64,000 nucleotides of DNA from Chara braunii (Eukaryota; Plantae; Charophyceae): the NCBI GenBank assembly GCA_003427395.1, contig BFEA01000024.1, forward strand, positions 4,723,377 through 4,787,376. Direction: 5' to 3'. How positions within the stretch are numbered: position 1 is the stretch's first letter; every line of letters begins with the position of its first letter. The notes below the pieces were generated by a model. That model had not been told where the DNA came from, searched no databases, and worked only from the letters and a program-made list of their open reading frames with translations. Of this stretch, positions 12,257 to 23,169 are shown in pieces. The position numbers and the translations under genes were made by a program.

Positions 12257-12880
12257 TGTAACGCTGGCTTGACGCTGGCTGTACGCTGGCACTGTGGAGG
12301 ACGACGCGAGACTGCTGCTTCACACTGGCACCTTTCTGCTTTGGCGCCCGCCTATGCTGATGTGGCGCATGTCTTCAACATTGCTGATGTGGCGCATGCC
12401 ACTCTGTCTTCATTGCTGACCTGGCATTTGCCAGATTGTCTACGTAGTTGAGTTGGACGCGACAAGGAGGGAGATCAGGATCTGTGGATGATTGAGAGGG
12501 ATGGGATACTTACCTGTGATTGATGGCGATACTGTGCGCTGCTGATTGTCTCCAACGTCTTCACAAGAGAACTGTGCCACGTGGCACTTCGATGTAATCA
12601 GGATCTGTCAGGCTCGTTACTGGATACTGTTTTGCTGACGTGGAGGAGAGGGCAAACCCGGAGAAGGAGTGGGAACTGTTGGGCTACTCTCTTTGTGGTC
12701 ATTGATGGTTACTATCTCTTCCACCTTCTAATCTGTCTATTCCCCCTCCACTCTCTTTGTCTACTGGAAACGAGACATTGTATCAGAGATCACATTCATG
12801 ATTATTGGACACATTGTTCAGAGTTGAGTTACTTTGTATCTCACATCTGGCGAGTATCTTACAGTCTGGGTTCATTACTA
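12257..12880 (+). repeat. 5' LTR of element C (first ~400 bp missing)
   Basis: Aligns to the 3' LTR only from ~19780 onward; ends GGGTTCATTACTA (GGGTTCATTACA in the 57468-58555 copy). Confidence 0.85.
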
Positions 12881-12882
12881 TT

Positions 12883-12894
12883 TGGTATCGGAGC
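12883..12894 (+). other. PBS of element C
   Basis: TGGTATCGGAGC. Confidence 0.9.
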
Positions 12895-13981
12895 ACACCT
12901 TCTTCGTCGCGATCTGCTGTCAGGCGCCACGTGGCACCCAGGTAAGTGGGGAACCGCATTTATTAACGCGTGCGATTATTATCGCGAGTCTACACATTGA
13001 CTTCCATGCGAGCGTGCACGCTCCCTTGAAGATGATGACGTGGACACCTTGAAGACGGCGACATTGCTCGCGTGGCGTTTTGTTGCTGACCTGGCAAGAT
13101 ACCGGCGAGAGCATCGTTGGCTGCAGGCTGATGTGGCGCTGGTGAGAGAGTGGGTATCGAGGCTGCTGACGTGGCATAGCGCAGGGGTGCTGACATGGCA
13201 TCCTAGGATTGGCAGGGCATTGTCTGACGTGGCGCGTACCTGTGTCGCAACTTACCTGCTGACCTGGCGCTCCATGCTCCAGCGGTACTACGATCTGACG
13301 TGGCATACCAATGGTGGATGAGTTGGCAGTTCGGGCATTGCTGGCGTGGCATCCCACCTGATGGTCGTGCTGGCTCTTGACGCTGACATGGCACATGTGC
13401 TGCGTTAGCATTCCAGGGGTGACACGTGGCATGCTTTGCACGCTGCCATGGGTGAGGTGTTGATACTTGCACTTGTGTGCTGGCAGGCGGTACAACTTCA
13501 CGATTTGTTGCAGTGCCACGCGCCGGCCCTTGTGTCTGCCCGCATTGGTTTCTGCAGATGATGCAGCCAAGGAGGAAAGGATGCTGACAATTGATTGTTG
13601 TTGATTGTGTTGGCTGACTTACTCACTTGTCTTGGCTGTTTTGTGGTTGTCGTGCATACTCACCTGTGTTGTTGTGTCTTGATCACACTGGTCGTGGCTG
13701 CAGTACCTGTGCACTCTCGTTTGGACGTCATCACACTAGGGCAGACAGCAGAAGTTAGAACTAGACAATAATTGAAATCTGTTTCTTCTTATTTTTCATT
13801 ATTATTTCTTGCTGTAGAAGATTGAAATTGAGTGTGGCCGTGGAATTTATTATTGTCTTCTAATTATTTATTGTGCGGCATTCACACGCTGGGAAACATG
13901 ACTTGTCTTTGGAAATGTCTACGTGCCTCCATTCTCACGAGAGACATCCCTCTTTCTTCTTTCCTATCCCTCTCACTATCT

Positions 13982-15240
13982 ATGTCGATGAAGAAGGGGG
14001 GGGATTAAGAACCCGTGGTCAGATAAATGTGAGAAGGCAAACATCGACTTGCCTTCTCCGCCAGTTGCTCGGCGAGATACATGGGGCCGAACCGAAAGTT
14101 GAACGGTATGTTCACGGACAGTTCAATCTGCTCGCTGCAAAAGAGGAACTGAAGGCTGTTGAGACTGCCATTCAGATGCTGGAAACCGGTCACCGAGTTG
14201 AGGAACTCATCAAGAAAGGGCGAATAGCCCTTGATCACTATGTCGCCGAACATCTGGAGGGAATGGACCAAAAGAGAACAACTGAAGGTGGAGTAGAGAA
14301 GAAGGAAGAATGATAACTGTCTGAAGAGATCATGGAGGAAAACCTCAAACAATTGGAAAATTCATTGAAGGAAGAGAGAAGAAAGATAGAAGAGTACCGA
14401 AGAAAGAAAGAAAAAAAAGAACAGCAAGAAAGGATGGTAGGCGAAGTTAGACAACGATTTAATTTTGAAGAAACAGAAACTGATCTTCAAAGACATAATT
14501 TCTCCGAGGATTTCTCCATCCTTTCTTGGTAGAAGGGTTTTGTCCGAAGCTAACACTGCTGGCTTCGAAGACATAGGTGAGTGGGCCAAAACACTGACCC
14601 TCCGAGAATTTCTCCAAAAGATTAAGGAGAGATTCCTCGACAAAACGACGGCCGACAAGGCTTTTGACGAGCTCACAACTATAAGCCAAAAGCGTTGGAC
14701 CACTATGGATGCAGTGTCGCATGAGGTCAATCAATTGTTGCTGGTACCAGGTCTGAACCTGCAGGACAATCAAGTCCTTTATATCTTCCCTCAAGCTTTG
14801 CCAGAACCCGTCCGAGGACATCTCGTGGCTGAGGCCAAATCCGAAAAGTATAACTATAGGTCTGTGACCTCGCGCTCCAAAGGGACCAAATGACTGCACA
14901 GGTAAAGGGAACGTATGCGTCTGTTGTGAAGAGTGGTCCTGTTAACAGGTATGATAAGCATGTCATGTGGCCACAAAAGCGACAGGACCACATGCTCGTC
15001 GTCTTTGATGATGTCACCGTGGAAAAGTTACCCCTTGATGAGGCCAAGGGCGAAGGTACTAACAGTAGTGAATCCGGAAAGGGTGACGCCACTGCCGTGG
15101 TGGCCAACAAGGATGGCACCAAACCATGGAACAAGAAGAGGAGGCCACGCTCCTTTCTCGAGCATCCCGGCATTGCAGTCGAAAAACCTTGGGAAAAGAT
15201 GGGTCTGTCACGTCAAGGGAATCGTTAAGTGAGACAGAAC
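13982..15240 (+). pseudogene. gag: gag of element C, frameshifted and probably internally deleted
   Basis: K/E-rich N-terminus, then LREFLQKIKERFLDKTTADKAFDELTTI...QALPEPVRGHL, similar to the element B gag. Confidence 0.8.
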
Positions 15241-15499
15241 ATAAAACTGTATCCGAGTGTTCTGGGCGACGAGCGGAGGAAGGGCCATCCTTTGCCGTAT
15301 GAGTCGAGGGGTTGAAAGGGGTGATCGACGCCTTACCTTTGTCTGAACCCCTCAACTGAGTAGGAGCAGATGCTACTCCTACTGGCTGCTCTCTTTTGGG
15401 TTTCAAATGAGAGGGCAGCATACTATAACATGCCCTACAATGCCACATTTCAGGCATTGCCTGACTCGAAAATGAACTCATAGCTTTAAGGAGTTCGTG

Positions 15500-18400
15500 G
15501 GCTAAAATAGCGAAGTCTAAGGGTGAGTTAATGGTTGCCGATATTGAGATTGCATGCACACGAGTGGGTGCCTTGTTATATCCAGGATCAACGTGGTCCG
15601 ACATCTCAGAGAAGGCAATTCATAAGTTGCATTTGGGAATGAAGGTAAGGGACTTGCCACGACCTATCCCGTCTATGTTAGCTGACAAGAGCACAATCAT
15701 TGTCTCTCAATATGTCGATCGTGTCAAATGTTATTTCAGGACCAAGGAAGGAAAGAAGATCTTACACAAAATATTCTTCTTAATTGAGCAGAACCTACCC
15801 TTGGACATGATTTTGGGAATAGATTGGCACAAGGAAGTCGGCCCAGAAGTCCGGTTCAAGGACAAGATCGTAAAGCTTAAGGACGAAAAGTCTGAATTAA
15901 GAGCAATTAAATTGTATCACAAGTCCGACTCTGACTCGTAACTGTCTTTTTATTGTATGAGTTACCCAGCCTTCAGATTTATGGTCTCAAGAGGAGGTCG
16001 GATGAGGATGTGATGATGTTGCTCGTTAAATGAGTACAAGAATGTTCCTCATCCTACCCTCCTTCTATCCAGAGATTACTCGATGAGTATACGGACTTGC
16101 GGACAGCGCCAATGGGAGTCACTGAGCGTGCTATCAAGCACACGATTGAGATTATTCTCGGTAGTAAGATTCCCAAGGGTCCCATCTATCATATGTCTCC
16201 TAGGGAACTTGAAGAATTAAAGAAACAACTACAAGAACTAACTAAAAGAGGATGGATTAGCCCTACCTCATCTGAGAGAAGGTTAACAACAATCGTATTT
16301 TTCATCACCACTTCAAGACACCCTTCACCACTTCAGGATGCAGCCTGCCTAAACAGGTGGTTTTCACGATCTTCGGATCTTTCACCACTTCAGGACACCC
16401 TTCACCACTTCGGGATGCAGCCTGCCTAAACAGGTGGTTTTCAAGGTCTTCGGACCTTTCACCACTTCAGGACCATTCAGGATTTTCAGACTGCCCAAAA
16501 CTCTCACTTCACCACTTCAGGATGCAGCCTGCCTAAGCAGGTGGTTTTCAAGGTCTTCGGACCTTTCACCACTTCAGGACAATTTGGGATTTTCAGACTG
16601 CCCAAAACTCTCACTTCATAATTTTCATTCCTGAATTTTCAGCTACCCGTTAACCGCTTATGCCTCATCTCCTTATGGTGCTCCTGTCTTATTTGTACCC
16701 CAAAAGGAAGGTGAACTTAGATTATGCATTGATTATCGTGGGGTGAATGTCGTCACTGTCAAGAACGAGGAACCACTTTCGCGCATTGACGATTTGTTGG
16801 ACCAATTGCAGGGATGCATGTACTTTCGTAAGATTGATCTCAAGTCAGGGTACCACCAAATCGAGGTGGTTCACGAGGATCAACACAAGACAACTTTTCG
16901 AACGAGGTATGGTCACTACGAGTTCGTGGTTATACCTTTCGGACTGACTAATGTTCATGCCACCTTTCAAAGATCTATGAATGAACAATTTTGTCAATGG
17001 CTGGATTAATTCGTAATTGTCTATCTCGATGATATCCTCGTGTATAGCAAGATACTTGAGGATCACGAGAAACACCTACGAATGCGAAGGCAACTTCAAA
17101 CTGAATCCTAAGAAGTTTGAGTTCGCTAAGCCTGAAGTGCTATACTTAGGGCATATAATGAACGAAGAAAGACACAGGTCCGAAGAGAAGAAAACAACAA
17201 CAATTCGAGATTCGCCCCAACTGAAGAATGTCAGTGAGCTCAGATCTTTCCTAGGACTTGCTAGTTATTACGGAAAGTTTGTAAGGAACTTCTCCCTAAT
17301 AGTTGCGCCTATAAGAAGACTACTGAAGAAAGAAAAACCCTGGTTGTGGGACAAAGATTATGAGTCGTCGTTCAATAAGTTGAAATATGTATTCACTCAC
17401 TACCCTGTCTAAAAGATTGTTGATCCTTCTCTCCCTTTCATTATCACGACTGACGCAAGTCAGTATGGAATTGGGGTTGTGTTACAACACGACGATGGTA
17501 AGCGATATAGACCTATCGAGTTTATGTCCAAAAGACTGCCATGTGAAAAAGCGACCAACTCCACTTATGAAAGAGAAGTGTATACCTTGGTTGCTGCACT
17601 AGACACTTGGAAACACTACTTGGTAGGGAGGCACTTCACTGTCTATTTAAACCACTCCACCCTGCAGCGGATTAAGATTCAACCTAGATTTTCTAACAAG
17701 TTGGTGAGATGGTCCGTTTTCATAGACACAATTGACTTTGAACTAAAGACCATCAAAGGAAACTTCAATATAGTTGCAGATGCTTTGTCCAGATACGCTG
17801 ATTTCTTTGGAACTATTATCTTATATCTCGATGCTGTGAATGAACTGAAAGAGCAAATCCGTAAGGGTTATGCGGACAATCCTATATGGAATCCTATTAT
17901 TAGAACCCTACAAAGGAACCCTGAACTCTTTCCCGAATACTGAATGAATGATGGTTTACTCTTCTTTATCGACAACACCGAAAAAAAACTTTCTATTCCT
18001 CATAAAGAACAAATAAAAAGTCTAATTATTGGGGAATGCCATGATACTGAGGGGCACTTCGGTTTCAAGACGACGTATGCCGATGTGCGAGAACGCTTTC
18101 AATGAGAAGGAATGAAAGAGGATATGATAACCTATGTGAGGACTTGTCTTGTTTGCCATAGGAATAAGTCTTCACACGAGAATCCCCTAGAACTAATGAG
18201 ATCGCTACCTATTCCAGGTTAGCCAGGTGAGTCTATCTCCATTGATTTTTTGATTCTCACTAAGAGTCGAAACGACAAGAGTCAGGTAATGGTTATTGTA
18301 GATCGATTCTTAAAATATGGTATGTTCATTCTTTTGCCTGTTGAAGCTAAGACTAAACTAGTCATCCAAAAGTTTCAAATGCGATGGGTTTGAAAATATG

Positions 18401-19341
18401 GTTTCCCAAAGAACATCGTTTTTGATAGGGATGTTCGGTTCACTGAACTTCAATGGCAAGCATTTATGGAAGTCTATGGCACTAGGTTGACCATATCGTC
18501 AGGTAGACACCCTGAAACGAATGGCCAAACGGAGTAAATGAATTGTTTATGCCAACAACTTTTGCACATGTATGTACGACCCGATCAAATAAATTGGGAT
18601 GAGAACTTACCTAAGATTGCAAGTGCATATAATAATAGTATACATACTGTTACAGGAAGAACACCGAATGCATTCTATAAAGGTTGGAAACCTCGGCGAC
18701 CCATTGATGCTCTAACCCAGGACCAGATTGAAAGGTTACCCCCAAGCACTCGAGAATTCACAGTTTTATATGAGGAAGACATAAAGAAAGTTAAAGAAAA
18801 TATACAGAAAGCCCGACTACAAATGATTGAACAGGCCAACAAGCATCGTCGGATTTCTCAGTTCCAAGAAGGGAACCTAGTCGGGGTAAAGTCTAAAGAG
18901 TTTTCCTTGGAAGAGAACGTGTCTCAAAAACTGTTGCCTACCTATTACACACCCTGGGAAGTTCTCAAGGTGATTAAGGATGCAAATTGACCTTCTTACC
19001 GAATTGATGTACCCCCACACCTTCGAACCTATCCCGTCTTTCACGCATCTAAACTCTTGCCATATGTAGAAGGAAATGAGTTTCCTAACAGACCATCTAT
19101 GTTCCCACCCTCCATGAATGGAGGCTACAAAGTTAAAAAGATTATGGAACATGGCTACTTCTATACAGGTGGCAGAGGAAGACCGCAAAAGCAGTACAAG
19201 GTACCATTGAATTCTCAACTTCCTTTTGGAGCTAGGTGGTTTAGTAAGAAAGAACTTTCCGTTATCCGCAATTGCGATTTGATGAAACCTACTGCTCATG
19301 ACATTGTTGCTGCATATAAATGTGGGTTAAGAGAAAACTAA
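15500..19341 (+). pseudogene. pol: pol of element C (PR, RT, RH, INT, chromodomain-like end), disrupted
   Basis: [27 protein letters not shown] (~17019-17039), TDASQYGIG, HDTEGHFG, HPETNGQTE, YPVFHASKL and YKVKKIMEH. Confidence 0.95.
16274..16662. mobile_element. 389-bp insertion with 8-bp TSD (hAT-like MITE) inside RT
   Basis: CCTCATCT at 16266-16273 and 16663-16670; removing the insert restores [18 protein letters not shown]. The ends share an inverted GGTTAAC 8 nt inside. Internal modular TTCACCACTTCAGGA repeats. Confidence 0.88.
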
Positions 19342-19382
19342 TGTATTTTTGCGATGGAACTCAAACTTTGGGCCGGCAGGAA

Positions 19383-20328
19383 TGCAATACCCCGCTCAAT
19401 ATGCCTTGAGGTGGCCTCAGGGCCACACACAGGCCACGACCCCAATCTGAGGCCGCAAAGGCCAAGGGGAGGAAAACCCTAAATCGGCTCAGGGCCTGTG
19501 CGCCCAACAGTTGACTACGGTCAACTGCCCAGCGGTCCAAGAGTCAAAGTCTGCATGCACCCAACCCAGGCCACCGGTCAGGCACACACACTTGTTTGTA
19601 TGCAGGTACCAAGACAACATTCAGACCAAGTGGAAGTCTGCAACTATATGCGATCCAGGCCTTCCGCTGTGACTCAATCTGAGCCACCATGGGTGGGAGA
19701 CCTGAGGCTTGACAGCCTTGTCAAACATTACGTAAGGCCCGGTCTCCAGGGAGTCAACATTCAGTCTTGCTATGCGGCCTTGACGCTGGCTTGATGCTGG
19801 CTGGACGCTGGCTTGATGTTGGCTGTACGCTGGCATTGTGGACGACAACGGGAGACTGCTGCTGCACGCTGGCGCCTTTCTGCTTTGGCGCCAGCCTATG
19901 CTGACATGGCGCAGGGCCACACTGTCTTCAACATTGCTGATGTGGCACATGCCACTCTGTCTTCATTGCTACATTGCCTATATTGCTGAGTTGGATGGGA
20001 CAAGGAGGGAGATCGGGATCTGTGGATGATTGAGAGGGAACGGGATACTTACCTGCAGTTGATGTCGATACTGTGCGCTGCTGATTGTCTCCAACGCCTT
20101 CACGAGAGAACTGTACCACGTGGCACTTCGGTGTGATCAGGATCTGTCAGGCTCGTTACTGGATACTGTTTTGCTGACGTGGAGGAGAGGGGAAGCCCGA
20201 AGGAGTGGGAACTGTTGGGCTACTCTCTTAGTGGTCATTGATGGTTACTATCTCTTCCACCTTCTAATCTGTCTATTCCCCCTCCACTCTCTTCGTCTAG
20301 TGGAAACGAGACATTGTATCAGAGATCA
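19383..20328 (+). repeat. 3' LTR of element C (last ~80 bp missing)
   Basis: Begins TGCAATACCCC after the PPT; homology to the 5' LTR stops after ...TATCAGAGATCA. Confidence 0.88.
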
Positions 20329-20572
20329 GGCCCCAGCCTTGCAGAAAGATTTTGTCACCACCAACTTCAGATTTCGGGGCCAGGCGGGGCAGGGGACAGT
20401 AGAAAAAATAAAAGCGGCCTCCAAAGTGGTGTCAGCCTAACACCCGCGGCTGATGTGTGGTGTACTGGCGGTTTAACCAAGGTCAATACTAAACTCAATC
20501 TGGCAGAGCCGAGTGATTCTTTTTTTTTCTTTTTTTTTTTCAGAAACATGAGAACGTTAAGTTTAATGATGA

Positions 20573-20843
20573 TTAATGATGATGCCTTTTCTCTCCACAG
20601 TCCACGCAGGATTTGCATAATGGGGGTCTTTCCGGAACCCCGAGTGATTTTGAGGTACTCATTACTGAACTCCTTTGTGCCTTGATGAGAGCTGCACGAG
20701 GAACGCCTAGTGAGCGTGACTCATCAGCTCGAAGCCTCATGCTGATTACGTCCCTACCTTTTGTAACACTGCTCGTCGCTCCGACCAATTGAATGGTTTG
20801 GTGAAGTGTCTGGTCAGCCATCAGCTGTTTCCCCCTCGGGGCG
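20573..20843 (-). CDS. Candidate terminal exon of the large minus-strand gene
   Basis: Acceptor TTCTCACAG at 20852-20844. Splicing from the donor at 23173 (phase 2) joins in frame to ORF 20573-20821. Confidence 0.35.
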
Positions 20844-21444
20844 CTGTGAGAAGTTCATTGAACCTTGTCATTCAGAGGAAGGAGAAGTCGTAATAAGGTT
20901 TCCGTAGTTGAACCAGGAAAAGCAAAACTTCAAACATGTCTGATCAGACCATGCAGAATAGACAAGGATGCATGCATCTATCAGCAACAACGCAGAATAT
21001 AGAAGTTACTCTGTAAGGTCCCACCTCACCACTGAGAACACGATTTGAGAAAGCATGCATCTCTGATCAGGTCAAGCTTTAAAATTGACAGCTCAACGTG
21101 TGTGGTCTTGGAGTGCAAATGCAATAGATAACAAACCTAGCACTTAGAGAGTGAATGATATGAAACTCAGCTCAGCTGTGAGGGCCCTTTTTGTCGACAC
21201 AACTCTATTCATCCAGGCGGGCAGGGAAAGAAAATTGACAAAGACTGAAACGGCCAGTCGCTACAAGGACTCGCAACCGCGGTCAGACGAAGGACAGCAC
21301 AGGCTGAGGCTAAAGTCACTAGCCAGCGGTCCCCACCACTGGGCACCATCACTCTCAAAGACATGGTCCATTTCTCATCTCACCTACCAAACAGAGGTGA
21401 AATTTGGCGGTTTTTTGTCCTTGTGTCAAAAGGGGCTATTCATG

Positions 21445-21516
21445 GCAGAAATAGCTTGATGATACAGTAAGGCCTTATGAAGGCTAAGGTTGAGGGTTCA
21501 AACCCGTTTTGCTGCT
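21445..21516 (+). pseudogene. Degenerate tRNA or tRNA-derived SINE head
   Basis: Cloverleaf spacing: GCAGAAA/TTGCTGC acceptor, TAGCTT D-arm start, anticodon arm GGCC-TTATGAA-GGCT, T arm GAGGG-TTCAAAC-CCGTT; several mismatches. Confidence 0.6.
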
Positions 21517-23169
21517 CGCCCGCTTCGCTGCCCTGCCAATGGAGCCGACACCACCCACTTCCATCAAACCAAAACACGAAACAAGTGCGCTACGGTTACT
21601 ACACAGCTGACTTTATTCTCGAAAGAATTTGACTTTGTGTACCTGCCTGTTGGCAGAAAGTAAGACACGTTTTAACTGTCATAACCTGATGAGCAGATCA
21701 AGCGTCTGGCACCTGATGGCCACCACATTGTGAGATTTTGCAACCTTGGGGGACACAACCGCCGCTGAGCGCTCATCTTTCCCACCCACCTAGTCAGCTG
21801 TGTAGCATATCTGCTATCCCGTATAAGTTTTTTCGTGCTCTTGACTTGATGGAAGTGTACCTACGTTTGGGACACACGGCAGGTCTCAGGTCCTCTGACG
21901 CCCTGGCTGCGGTCAGTAAAAAAAAACCGTATGACTTGCTTCCTGTTCTCGATTTGGTTGAAGGGCACCTAAGGCCTACTTTCGGGGCACAGCAGGTCTC
22001 GTTCCCCTGAGGCCCTCGCTGCAGTACGTCAAAGAGTTTTGCATCCTTATGTGGCTGGATACCACTCTATTCCGCCCTGCAAAAGCATTACCGTAGTAGC
22101 TTCGCCGAATGGAGTTTTCCAAACCTGCCTGGACATTTCCACAGGGAGCAATGGCATGCCACATATAACTCGTACATGTGTTCAAGGGGGTACGTGATCT
22201 GGGACAACAGAAAGGCACAAAATAGCATTACGGCCTTGAGATGTTATCATCTCATCTAATCGGCCCTAGGTAATTCAGAATTGTAGTATTTCACTCATCT
22301 GTTGCTGGTAGAGTTTGAACTCGGGGCTCTATTTGAACAGTTCATTGCCTCTGTGGACGCCTGTTTTCCTTAGCAAATCACAATGTTCCTTCTGCCTTCG
22401 GGCGTGTAACTTAAAACAAGGTAGTAAGGGGCTACAGTTGCCTTCTGCAACTGACTGGTATTCGAACAGATGCCCACAAGAGGGCATTTCGATTGCATTC
22501 ATAGATGTCCGTTTTCTTCACGTAAATAACAGTTTGCCTTATATTTTCGGGTGTAACCCCCGGGCTCACTCATGTCAAAACAACGCTGCAGGGTGTAAGA
22601 ACATCCTTTCAAACCACCACCACACAAGCGGCATGTCCCAAGCATATATACAGGGGCTGCGGTGGTTATCTTCGGTAGCGGATTATCCTTGCAGGCAGGC
22701 AAAAAGGGCCCTCACAGCTGACAATGACCGACATTCAGTCAGACAGATACCAGTTCGGATACATTGGGGCTTTAAAGGCACTTCGTGGGGTCATCACGGG
22801 CAATCTCCTTTGTTCTTTTCTTACTGACATGTATGGTGTACAACCCCAGTTGTCCAGATGCAGGTAACAGCCACGCCCACTCGCATACGAAGGCAGGTGC
22901 ACGTCCACTCACATACGACCGGAGGAGCGAAAGAAAAAGGGAAAAAAAGTGCGTAAGCCTTCCCACTGGGCATGAAAAGACAGGAAAGAACGAGAGGTGG
23001 ATAGCATTTATGTTATTTTTTTTAGCTCGTTATATTTCCACACGAAAAGTGGGCAGCATCTAGAACTGTGACCATGCAGACGGGTGGTAATAAGGGGGAC
23101 AAGCACGACAGAAGGCAGACTGGGGGATGATGGGGTGATAACAAAACAGAGCTAGCTGGGCGTAGTTAC

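Larger units (their letters stand above)
12257..20328 (+). mobile_element. Decayed Ty3/Gypsy LTR retrotransposon (element C); both LTRs truncated at their outer ends
   Basis: LTR homology between 12257-12800 and 19780-20328, PBS at 12883-12894, PPT GGCCGGCAGGAA before 19383, and gag-pol remnants. Confidence 0.93.

Noticed and set aside
12506-12516. U1 snRNA gene
   Set aside because: Only the first 11 nt match and no U1 body follows; better read as an antisense splice donor.
16300-16620. CRISPR-like repeat-spacer array
   Set aside because: The linkers are themselves duplicated and the block is a TSD-flanked insertion.
21684-21720. Second hammerhead (CTGATGAG-CAGAT...GTCTG)
   Set aside because: No GAAA after the stem.
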